NCBI GenBank assembly: GCA_021737325.1 | Contig: JAIPED010000002.1 | Coordinates: 1 to 59,297, forward strand | Length of the DNA: 59,297 nucleotides | Direction: 5' to 3' | Source of the DNA: Deltaproteobacteria bacterium | GTDB lineage: Bacteria; Desulfobacterota; Syntrophia; Syntrophales; JAIPED01 | Shown here: positions 36,080 through 44,769 of the stretch, one piece after another | How the letters are laid out: each line of letters starts with the position of its first letter | How positions within the stretch are numbered: position 1 is the first letter of the stretch | Translations under genes and position numbers: made by a program | The notes under the pieces: model-generated | Seen by the model: only the letters and a program-made list of their open reading frames with translations | Told to the model about the DNA's origin: nothing | The model's database searches: none

Positions 36080-37273
36080 ATGTTCACTGAGTTTTTTTAT
36101 TCTCTAAAAGAGCGGGGAGTCCCCGTTACTCCGACATCTTTCATCAGGCTACAAGAGGCTCTGGCGAAGGGTGTTATCAATTCTTTGGACGATTTTTATA
36201 TCGCCGCTCGCGCCATCCTCGTCAAATCAGAACGCTATTTTGATACCTATGATCAGGTTTTTTCCCATCATTTCCAGGGGGTTGAACTTCCAGTAGCAAC
36301 GGAGTTGGAAATATCTTCAGCCATAAGGTCAATGCTGGACGAGTGGTTACGGGATCCGGCAGAACTGGCGCGTGCACTCGGACTTTCAGCAAAACAGGCG
36401 CAGGACATGAGCGCCGAGGAACTACTCCAGTATTTTATGGATAGGTTAAAAGAGCAAAAAGAAGCGCATCACGGAGGTAATCGCTGGATTGGCACAAGAG
36501 GAACCTCCCCTGTAGGGCATTCAGGTTATAACCCTGGGGGAATGCGGGTAGGCGGTGCGAGCGGAGGGAAATCCGCCAGCAAGGTAGCCTTGGAGCGCCG
36601 TTATCGGGATTATGCCCAAATGGGGATACTTACTGAATCCCAGGTTGGCGAGGCGCTCAAACGGCTAAGAAATATGCAGCCTTTCGGTCCTCGCGATGTT
36701 GTTAATATCGGTGAAACCATTTATGAGACGATGCGCAAGGGTGGCGAGATAGAAATTGTTTTTGCTAGACGGCTTTCCGACAGGCTCAAAGTGATACTCC
36801 TCATTGACAATGGCGGTTGGTCGATGGATCCGTATATTCCCGTGGTGCAAACGCTTTTCGATCATGCCCGCTCACATTTTAAAGAGCTAACAAGCTACTA
36901 TTTCCACAACACGATATACTCTGAAGTTTGGCATGACCCTCAACGCTGGACTCAACCTAAGGCCGTTGAAGAATTTTCCCGCCTCGATCCAGAAACCAGA
37001 ATAATTTTTATTGGCGATGCGAGTATGGGGCCATATGAGTTGATGAATAAAGATGGTTCTATCTATGTAGGTGACAGACAAAGTAGGGCAAGCATTGATC
37101 GTCTGCAATTTATCGCCAGAACATTTCGTCATAGCGTTTGGTTGAATCCTCTTCCTGCCGAGGAATGGGGTTATGCTTGGACAGTGGGAGTAATAGGAAG
37201 CATCTTTCCGATGTTTGAACTATCGCTGGACGGTTTGGAAAAGGCTGTTACGAGGTTGAAGACAAAGGGCTAG
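36080..37273 (+). CDS. VWA-domain protein, CoxE-like
   Basis: N-terminus MFTEFFYSLKERGVPVTPTSF and a VWA segment VILLIDNGGWSMDP, typical of CoxE-like partners of MoxR ATPases. Confidence 0.75.
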   Translation: MFTEFFYSLKERGVPVTPTSFIRLQEALAKGVINSLDDFYIAARAILVKSERYFDTYDQVFSHHFQGVELPVATELEISSAIRSMLDEWLRDPAELARALGLSAKQAQDMSAEELLQYFMDRLKEQKEAHHGGNRWIGTRGTSPVGHSGYNPGGMRVGGASGGKSASKVALERRYRDYAQMGILTESQVGEALKRLRNMQPFGPRDVVNIGETIYETMRKGGEIEIVFARRLSDRLKVILLIDNGGWSMDPYIPVVQTLFDHARSHFKELTSYYFHNTIYSEVWHDPQRWTQPKAVEEFSRLDPETRIIFIGDASMGPYELMNKDGSIYVGDRQSRASIDRLQFIARTFRHSVWLNPLPAEEWGYAWTVGVIGSIFPMFELSLDGLEKAVTRLKTKG

Positions 37274-37417
37274 TGAAGTTTCTATCGCACAACAACAATG
37301 CCTCCTTGCTCTGCGCGAGAAATTTTTATGTTTGACAATGGCTAGTGGTTTTTGCTGTAAGCGAACGCCCAACGGTGGAGTCCACTTAGAATAGTTTGAT
37401 CTGCGGGGGAAAAGACG

Positions 37418-38677
37418 GTGAAAAAAAACGGTCGTATCGCATTATCCGTGCTGGCATTTTTTAGCTTTGCGGGGTTTATTTTTTTAGTAACAGATACTCT
37501 TGCCAATCAGACTAAGGATAGTAGTTGTGTTCGTTGCCACACCAATGCAGAAACTCTACAGCAACTACATATTGTTGATCCCAAGCTGTTGGAGCCCGCG
37601 GGGGAAGGGTGAGCGGGAGCGCCTCCGGCAGTTAAGCCGGAAGAAATGTATCGTGGCTTTCTAGTTGATGGGCGTTTGGTTGATTCCGATCCCCATTTTG
37701 CCAAAGGTTGCCAAGCATGTCATGGTGGTAATCATACCGCCGAAGCCAAAGAAAGCGCCCATGTCGGTTTGAATAAAAAGCCTTCCAGAAATCTGGCTAC
37801 ATGTGGCGAGTGCCATAAAGGTATAAGTGAAAAATTTTCCACCTCACTCCATTACACGAGCCATGGTCAAAAAATGGGGGTGAAGCCTCGCTTCAACGAG
37901 GGTGAATTCAAACACTTTGAGGAAAAGATTTTTGAACAGAGTTGTCGCAGTTGCCATGCTTCTTGTGGCGATTGCCATGTTAAAGGGGCACCTGTCAGTG
38001 GGATTAGCATTGGACTAATTGAGGGGCACAAGTTTATCCGTAAAAACGAAGAAAAAACCTGTGCCTTTTGCCATGGCGGTCGGGTTTATACCGAGTTTAC
38101 GGGAGAATATGGTGGTTCGCCTGATGTTCATTTCACGAAAGGAATGCAGTGTCTTGATTGTCATCAGCAGATGCACGGAGATGGCACCCTGTATAATAGC
38201 AAACAGGAAGTGAAGAGCCGCCCCAAATGTTCTAACTGCCATAACATGGCAGCTTCCGATTTGAGCGTTAGGCTCAGAACAATTCATGGGATTCATCAAG
38301 AAAAAGCGAGCTGTTATGCCTGCCATGCCGATGGCAACTACCGCAATTGCTACTCTTGCCATGGTGGACACTCAGAGGCCCAGCCAGGGTTTATTCTTGG
38401 GAAAAATCCCCGCAACACTGGACAGCTAACCACCCTGCGGGTTATTCCCACGCTTAACGATACCTTTACGAAGCAAGGATTGAATATGTCCAATTTCGAT
38501 GCCCTCCCCAACTATTGGGATAGCCCCGTGCACGCCATAAAAAAGAAGACGCGGCGCACCCGAGATTGTGATGCTTGTCATGTGGATAGAAGGAGCTTCC
38601 TTGAAGAAGGCGAATTAATCGAAGGTGGTGCGAAGGCCAACAAAGAGTTAATACCAAGCATAAAGCCGATAAAATAA
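37418..38677 (+). CDS. Undecahaem c-type cytochrome with an in-frame UGA (selenocysteine) after the first haem motif
   Basis: GTG start and an N-terminal signal/anchor ALSVLAFFSFAGFIFLV. There are 11 CxxCH motifs. TGA at 37610..37612 is in frame with the 343-aa track ORF, in the context EPAGEG-U-AGAPPAVKPEEMYRG. The downstream ORF alone has no signal peptide. A SECIS-like hairpin lies 11 nt after the TGA. Confidence 0.75.
37622..37643 (+). promoter_or_regulatory. SECIS-like stem-loop for the cytochrome
   Basis: TCCGGC-AGTTAA-GCCGGA (6 bp, extendable by one more pair across a mismatch). The core stem starts at 37624, 11 nt 3' of the TGA. Confidence 0.55.
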
Positions 38678-38723
38678 ACTGCTTGGATTAGCTATACAAG
38701 AAACAAAAAAGGAGAGTTTATCT

Positions 38724-39635
38724 ATGAAAGGTTTGGGTATGAGTAAAAAGGTGTTGTTGTTGGTGATGGTAGCCGTGCTGTTTTTGGCTTTGCCGTCAAT
38801 GCTCCTGGCAAAGAGGGAAGGAAATGTTGTTACGACTGAATGGTTGGGAAAGAACCTTTCCAAAAAGGATTTGGTTATTGTCGATGTGAGAAATTTTGCG
38901 GATTATAAAGCCGGGCATGTTCCCGGTAGCGTCAACATTCCTCTTAGCTCGCTGGCCATAGACAAGGGCGGGCTTAAAAATGAGGTTCCCGCAAATGAAG
39001 ATCTTATCGACATTATCTCAGAAAAGGGGATTGGTTCTTCCGCGCCGGTTGTTGTGGTAGGCTTGGCAGGAGAGAAGTTGCCCGATCGTGCGGGGCTGAC
39101 TCGTGCCGCTTGGACCTTGAAATACGCGGGCGTGCAGGATGTGTATGTTCTAGACGGAGGATTTGAGCAGTGGTTGGCGGAAAAGAAGCCTGTTGTTACC
39201 GAACTTCTTGATGTCAAAGAGAAGAAGTATCGCGGAAAAATAAAAGAGGGGCTTTTTGTTAATCTGTCAGGATTGCAAAGTGCTAAAGCCGCGGGTGCCG
39301 TAGTTGTGGATGTACGGGAGCTAGTGTTTTTCAACGGCGAACAGAAGTTGCCTTTTGTTGGGCAGTTTGGTCATGTTGAGGGCGCTCTTAATCTGCCCAC
39401 CGCGCAGGTATTTGAGGGTAAATCCTACAAGGGAAGAAAAGATCTATTAGCACTGGCAGAGACTGTTGTCGGCACGGACAAAGCCAAGCAAATAGTCGTT
39501 TATTGCGATTCGGGAAGAGTCGCGACGATTTGGGCTTTGTTGTTAGATGGACTTGGTTATAGCAATGTGGCCGTGTATGATGGTTCCGCGCAGGAATATG
39601 GTGCGGAAAATGCACCTCTCAAACTCGTGAAGTAA
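38724..39635 (+). CDS. Periplasmic tandem-rhodanese sulfurtransferase
   Basis: Signal peptide MKGLGMSKKVLLLVMVAVLFLALPSMLLA. The first domain has no active Cys. The second domain has the active loop VVYCDSGRVA. Confidence 0.8.
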   Translation: MKGLGMSKKVLLLVMVAVLFLALPSMLLAKREGNVVTTEWLGKNLSKKDLVIVDVRNFADYKAGHVPGSVNIPLSSLAIDKGGLKNEVPANEDLIDIISEKGIGSSAPVVVVGLAGEKLPDRAGLTRAAWTLKYAGVQDVYVLDGGFEQWLAEKKPVVTELLDVKEKKYRGKIKEGLFVNLSGLQSAKAAGAVVVDVRELVFFNGEQKLPFVGQFGHVEGALNLPTAQVFEGKSYKGRKDLLALAETVVGTDKAKQIVVYCDSGRVATIWALLLDGLGYSNVAVYDGSAQEYGAENAPLKLVK

Positions 39636-39645
39636 CAAGCTTACT

Positions 39646-39675
39646 GGCGGGGGCTTGCCAGCTCCCGCCTATTTT
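39646..39675 (+). terminator. Intrinsic terminator after the first rhodanese gene
   Basis: GGCGGGGGC-TTGCCA-GCTCCCGCC (9 bp including one G-U pair) followed by TATTTT. Confidence 0.6.
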
Positions 39676-39740
39676 CATCAGCGTCAACGGACATTTCGCT
39701 GTTCCATCTGGGCTTATGTAGTGGGAGGACCAATTTTAAT

Positions 39741-40463
39741 ATGAAATTTCTTGGGAAGCTATTAATTATAGTGGTTTTTGTGTGCCTGATGCTGTCTGGT
39801 GCCTTTACCGTATTCGGGGAAGAAATGAAGATTATTTCCCCCGCTGAACTTGCCCAAATTATTCCTAATAAAAAAATCGTTCTTATAAATACAATGAGTA
39901 AAATTGAATGCGATGACCACTCCATCGTGGGCTCTACCTGTATTCCTGTAGAAACAATGGAAGGTGCCGCAAGGAAGCTTCCCCAAGATAGGCTGGTAGT
40001 TTTTTATTGCGAATCAGAGAGTGGCACTAGATGCCGTCAGGCCGCAAGCATTGCCCGGGCGCAAGGTTTGCAGAATATAGCCATTCTCGGGGGCGGCTCT
40101 GTTGGTTGGCGTAAAGCGGGTTTTGACGAAGTTTCCTTAGAGAGAATTCGTCGCAGGGTGATTGTTAGCCTTGGTCCTGTAGCGTTACGAGATTTTATCA
40201 ACAAAAATAAATCTAACATATTCATCCTGGATATTCGCTCCGAAGAGGCGTTTCACAAGGGGCATATCAAGGGTGCAGAGAATATTCCCTTTTACCTCCT
40301 CCACGAACGATATTCCGCAATTCCTTCGGGTAAAAAGATAGTCGTTGTTGACGACAAAGGTCTTCGCTCCTTCCTTGCCGCTTCCTATCTGGTGGACAAG
40401 GGTTTTCGTGATGTTATTCGCCTAGCTCGCGGGATGGCTGGTTGGAATGAAGGTACTAATTGA
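39741..40463 (+). CDS. Periplasmic tandem-rhodanese protein (the second of two)
   Basis: Signal peptide MKFLGKLLIIVVFVCLMLSGAFTVFG. The first domain has the loop FYCESESGTRC. The second domain has Asp in place of Cys (VVVDDKGLRS). Confidence 0.75.
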   Translation: MKFLGKLLIIVVFVCLMLSGAFTVFGEEMKIISPAELAQIIPNKKIVLINTMSKIECDDHSIVGSTCIPVETMEGAARKLPQDRLVVFYCESESGTRCRQAASIARAQGLQNIAILGGGSVGWRKAGFDEVSLERIRRRVIVSLGPVALRDFINKNKSNIFILDIRSEEAFHKGHIKGAENIPFYLLHERYSAIPSGKKIVVVDDKGLRSFLAASYLVDKGFRDVIRLARGMAGWNEGTN

Positions 40464-40492
40464 GAGATAAGATTACTAACGGGGGCAGATGA

Positions 40493-42343
40493 ATGTTTAG
40501 ACGCTTTTTTTTGTTTATGGTTGGTCTTCTTTTTATTTTTGGTGGCGATTTATACGCCCGCGAGGACATCAGATGCTTGCGGTGCCATAGCACAATAGTA
40601 AACAAGGAAGCGTTTTTAAACTCTGTTCATGGTTACAACGATTGCGTTAGTTGCCATCGCGGCATCACCAACATTGAAGAACACATCGCGGGAGAGCAGA
40701 AACCGACCATGGCCGCTTGTGCGCAGTGTCATAAGGATATCGCGGAGAAGCATAAGCAAGGATTTCATTATCTACAACTGGATTTTAGATGCTGGGATTG
40801 TCATAACAATATCCACGCTATCAACAAAACGAAGAAAGAAAGTTTTAAAAAGCAGGTCGTCTTGCAGTGCACCAAATGTCATGCCAACGATGAGTATTCC
40901 GATTCTGGTCATGCCGAGGCGGTCATCAAAAGAGGCAACACCGATGCTGCAACCTGCTCTGATTGCCACGGGATTCATGACACAAAGGTTTTTCATACCT
41001 CGCTTGCGGAATATCCCCAGGAAGCGCGCAAATTCTATACGGATAAATGTGTTAAATGCCACTCAGATGAAGAAATAGCCAAAAGAAACAATCTGAACCC
41101 CAATTTAGTTAAGTTATACCACGAGACTTACCACGGCAAAATAGAGAATATTGGTTATTATTCGACGGTTGCGGGATGTGCCGATTGCCATCGCAGTCAT
41201 AATATTCTGCCCAAAAATGATACTCGCTCCAGCATTCATCCCGACAATTTGGTAAAGAATTGCGGTCGGTGCCATAGCGGTTTTGCTAAAGAGTTTGTTA
41301 GCTATAAAGCCCACCCTGATTATCGCGACCGAGAAAACTATCCTGCACTGTATTGGACATTCGTCTTTATGTCCGGATTGCTCATATTCACTTTCGGATT
41401 TTTCTGGATACACACAGGCCTGTGGTGGCGAAAGTCCTATTGGGAAAGCCATAAAGAGGAGAAGCGCGGGATTGTGCATCAAGCTCCTCCAGACACCAGG
41501 ATGTATGGGAAAAATGTTATGATGGTGCGCCGCTTTAAATTGCGCGACCGGATACTGCATTTCATCCTGATAATAGTGTTCTTCACCCTGGTAATAACGG
41601 GATTCCCGCAAAAATATCACACCTATGAATGGGCTAAGGCCGCTCTTGCACTTTTGGGAGGGGCGCATATGGCGGGATACCTCCATCGTGTTGCCGCCGG
41701 AATATTGCTGGCCGAGTTTGTCTTTGTTGCTGTTCTCTCGTTGCTCTTCTTGTTTAGAAAGCGCAAAAAGGGCGAGACGGTCATCACAAGGCTTTTAGGT
41801 CCCGATTCGCTGTTCCCCAATCGCAAGGATTGGGAGGATATGCGGGGGATGTTTTTGTGGTTCTTTGACAAAGGGGAAAGGCCTCGCTTTGAGCGCTGGA
41901 CCTACTGGGAAAAATTCGACTTTTGGGCGGTATTTTGGGGGATGTTTGCTATCGGAGGTTCAGGTTTACTCCTCTGGAAGGCGGAATTATCGTCGTACAT
42001 CGTTCCCGGCTGGGTTTTGAATGTGGCAACACTGATACATTCCGAAGAGGCGTTGTTGGCGACGCTGTTCATCTTTACAGTGCACTTTTTTAACACCCAT
42101 TTTATTCCCGATAAGTTCCCGATGGATAAGATGATCTTTACTGGAAGATACACCGTGGATGAATTTTACACTAACCGTCCGTTGGAATTTGAGCGGGTTG
42201 TACAGGAAGGCAGGCTTGAAGAGTTTCAAGCAAAGCATCCGAACATATATCTAAAAATTATTTCATTGGTGTTTGGTTTAGTTTGTCTGTTTACGGGAAT
42301 GGCGCTAACAGTTTTGATTCTGTGGTCATTTTGGCAACATTAA
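40493..42343 (+). CDS. Nine-haem c-type cytochrome fused to a membrane cytochrome-b (FdnI/HydC-like) domain; CbcL-like quinol oxidoreductase
   Basis: A signal peptide and 9 CxxCH motifs in the N-terminal half. The C-terminal half has multiple TM segments with conserved His (ILHFILIIVFF, YLHRVAAG, LIHSEEALLATLFIFTVHFFNTH). Confidence 0.75.
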   Translation: MFRRFFLFMVGLLFIFGGDLYAREDIRCLRCHSTIVNKEAFLNSVHGYNDCVSCHRGITNIEEHIAGEQKPTMAACAQCHKDIAEKHKQGFHYLQLDFRCWDCHNNIHAINKTKKESFKKQVVLQCTKCHANDEYSDSGHAEAVIKRGNTDAATCSDCHGIHDTKVFHTSLAEYPQEARKFYTDKCVKCHSDEEIAKRNNLNPNLVKLYHETYHGKIENIGYYSTVAGCADCHRSHNILPKNDTRSSIHPDNLVKNCGRCHSGFAKEFVSYKAHPDYRDRENYPALYWTFVFMSGLLIFTFGFFWIHTGLWWRKSYWESHKEEKRGIVHQAPPDTRMYGKNVMMVRRFKLRDRILHFILIIVFFTLVITGFPQKYHTYEWAKAALALLGGAHMAGYLHRVAAGILLAEFVFVAVLSLLFLFRKRKKGETVITRLLGPDSLFPNRKDWEDMRGMFLWFFDKGERPRFERWTYWEKFDFWAVFWGMFAIGGSGLLLWKAELSSYIVPGWVLNVATLIHSEEALLATLFIFTVHFFNTHFIPDKFPMDKMIFTGRYTVDEFYTNRPLEFERVVQEGRLEEFQAKHPNIYLKIISLVFGLVCLFTGMALTVLILWSFWQH

Positions 42344-42395
42344 TGATTATCTTAGCTTTATTTAGTTAGGGTCATTATTGGCAAGCATTTAAGGT

Positions 42396-43760
42396 GTGGT
42401 GATGGATAAAAAAAGGGTTGCTCTTCGTCAGGTGGATGTCCTTGTTAAGTTTTTTTCTTCGACATCGCTGGGCATTTTTCTTGTACTGATGCTGGCGGGG
42501 CTATCAATGGTGGGAACATTGGTGTCGCCCGTTGCTCTTCAAGCTCCGGAAGGTTTTTGGGGAAATCTCGCCTATGCGCTAAACCTTCACGATATCTATC
42601 ATTCATTCTTGTTTTTCGTTGTGGCTCTGTTGTTTTTGGTGAATCTGATTTTATGTTCCCTTAAGCGTCTGCCGCTGGCGATTGCCAACTATCGCAAGAA
42701 GATAGACACTGCGAACATGGGAATGCCTCCTATGGAAACGGTGTTTGTCGACGGTCTTAGCACCGAGATTGCGAACCAGCGTTTAGCCAAGGTTGCCAAG
42801 CGGTTTGAGCGTCAGGCAGGTCCATCACAGCAGCAAGCGCAGCTTTTTGCGTTTGATAAAGGGCGTATTTCCTATCTAGGTGTTTATATCGTTCACCTGG
42901 CCGTGGCCATTTTGACCATCGGTGCGGTTGTTAGTGCTCTTTGGGGAATTTCCGGGCAGGTAAAAATTGCGGAAGGACAAGAGGTATCGGAGGTAAGGTT
43001 AAGTAACGGTACAGTTCATGATCTGGGATTTTTTGTCCGTTGCGATAAGTTTACCGTTGATTTTTATGATGATCAACGCCCCAAAACATATCGTTCCGAT
43101 GTTGTTTTTACTAAAGGTAACGAAACGCTGGCGGCGGCAATCCGCGTTAACCATCCGGCCATTTTTGGAGATTACAGCTTTTATCAGGCAAGTTTTGGTG
43201 TGGAAGAAGGTAAGGCGATCTTTACGATAAAAGATGGCAAGGGTCTTAAAAAGCAACTGAAAATGCAGGAGGGCGATGTTGTCCGGTTTGATGATAATTT
43301 AAGCATCACCGTTGTTCGGGTCGAAGCCAACATGATGAATGCTGGACCTGCGGTAAACATGGTTCTTGAGCCCAAGGGAAAGCATCCACAAACACTTTGG
43401 CTATTCCAAAATATAAAAGAGATTGCCCGTGACAATCCAGGTATCATTGAGCGTTTCCCCGCATTCAATCCGCAGGTACTCGGTTTCTATTCATTTGATC
43501 TGCTGGGGTTGGAGGACAACTTTTACACCGTTTTGGAGATGCGTAATGATCCTGCCATAGCGATCGTTGCGATGGGCGGTCTGTTGCTAGTCGCAGGGTT
43601 GATATTGGTCTTTTACTATTCTCACCGTCGTGTTTGGATAACTATCGAGGCGGTTAATGCCGGCATTAGTTTTGCGATTGCGGCAAAGAGCAACAAGGAT
43701 ACGATAGGAATGACACGGGAAATTGAGTTGATCAAAGATATTATCCGGGGGAAACAATGA
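42396..43760 (+). CDS. resB: System II cytochrome c biogenesis protein ResB/Ccs1
   Basis: N-terminal TM segments, a large soluble domain and a C-terminal TM. It is translationally coupled to ccsA by a 4-nt overlap. Confidence 0.8.
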   Translation: MVMDKKRVALRQVDVLVKFFSSTSLGIFLVLMLAGLSMVGTLVSPVALQAPEGFWGNLAYALNLHDIYHSFLFFVVALLFLVNLILCSLKRLPLAIANYRKKIDTANMGMPPMETVFVDGLSTEIANQRLAKVAKRFERQAGPSQQQAQLFAFDKGRISYLGVYIVHLAVAILTIGAVVSALWGISGQVKIAEGQEVSEVRLSNGTVHDLGFFVRCDKFTVDFYDDQRPKTYRSDVVFTKGNETLAAAIRVNHPAIFGDYSFYQASFGVEEGKAIFTIKDGKGLKKQLKMQEGDVVRFDDNLSITVVRVEANMMNAGPAVNMVLEPKGKHPQTLWLFQNIKEIARDNPGIIERFPAFNPQVLGFYSFDLLGLEDNFYTVLEMRNDPAIAIVAMGGLLLVAGLILVFYYSHRRVWITIEAVNAGISFAIAAKSNKDTIGMTREIELIKDIIRGKQ

Positions 43761-44575
43761 ACACAAAAATATTTGCGTTGGTAACTTTTATTTATTTGTT
43801 TTCATTTGTTCTCTATCTAATCTCTGTGTCTTCCGAGAGGAAAAAGATTTCTTCCGTAGCTAACTATGTGACAGGGTTAGGTTTTTTGTTACATGCGGTT
43901 GGACTCATCACCCGCTGGGTGGAATCACATCAGCAGGGTTTTGGATATGCCCCTCTCTCCAATTTTTATGAATCGTTAGTGTTCTTCGCTTTTTCGCTAG
44001 TTGCCGTTTATTTCTACACAGCAAGAAGGGCAAAAAGCGATGCCATGGGTGTTTTTATCCTTCCCCTGGCATTTTTACTCATGGCCTTTGCCTCAATCAC
44101 TCCAGGGATGAGCTCGGCAATAGAGCCGTTAATTCCTGCCCTCCAAAGTAATTGGCTCATTAGCCATGTGATAACCTGTTTTCTCGGTTATGCAGGATTT
44201 ACCCTTGCGTTTGCCTTGGCGATTATCTATTCCCTTCGAGGAACGAAACTTGGTTTTCTCTGCCGTGGAATTTCCCCAGAACTCACCGAACAGCTCATGT
44301 ACACCACGGCGGCTTTTGGTTTTGTTCTCTTAACGATAGGCATTATTACCGGATCTATATGGGCACATTACGCTTGGGGTTCTTATTGGAGTTGGGATCC
44401 GAAAGAGGTTTGGTCGCTTATCACCTGGCTGGTCTATGTGGTTATGTTGCATTCTCGTTATGTTAGGGGTTGGGGTGGCAAAAAGATGGCGATTTTTGCG
44501 CTAATCGGTTTTGTTTGTGTCATTATTACCTATCTCGGTGTGAACTATCTCCCTGGCTTGCATAGCTATCTTTAA
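43757..44575 (+). CDS. ccsA: System II cytochrome c biogenesis protein CcsA/ResC (haem-handling W-rich motif)
   Basis: WAHYAWGSYWSWDPKEVWSL tryptophan-rich WWD motif; polytopic membrane protein. Confidence 0.88.
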   Translation: MNTKIFALVTFIYLFSFVLYLISVSSERKKISSVANYVTGLGFLLHAVGLITRWVESHQQGFGYAPLSNFYESLVFFAFSLVAVYFYTARRAKSDAMGVFILPLAFLLMAFASITPGMSSAIEPLIPALQSNWLISHVITCFLGYAGFTLAFALAIIYSLRGTKLGFLCRGISPELTEQLMYTTAAFGFVLLTIGIITGSIWAHYAWGSYWSWDPKEVWSLITWLVYVVMLHSRYVRGWGGKKMAIFALIGFVCVIITYLGVNYLPGLHSYL

Positions 44576-44597
44576 AATTATTGCGTGGTAAAAAAAT

Positions 44598-44624
44598 CGT
44601 TTCTGTGTCGCATGGCGAGAAACG
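44598..44624 (-). terminator. Orphan intrinsic terminator oriented for the minus strand
   Basis: The minus strand reads CGTTTCT-(13-nt loop)-AGAAACG followed by ATTTTTTT. No annotated minus-strand gene lies upstream of it. Confidence 0.4.
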
Positions 44625-44769
44625 CCGCAATCTTGATGAACGATTTATCGGGTGTTACTTTCTTCTCGTTGGAAAATTGACAAAGCCTTGACTACTTAAG
44701 AGAAAGCCTGTTAGCGGGCGCCCCTTACTACCACGGAGACAGCGATGCATAATGAGAGGATAAAAATCT

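Noticed and set aside
14020-40463. Other genes ending in TGA (uxs 14020, pdxT 24497, the second rhodanese 40461, patatin 25467), checked for Sec read-through.
   Set aside because: In each case the downstream frame hits another stop within a few codons or is out of frame with the next ORF. None of these TGAs falls at a conserved Cys position.
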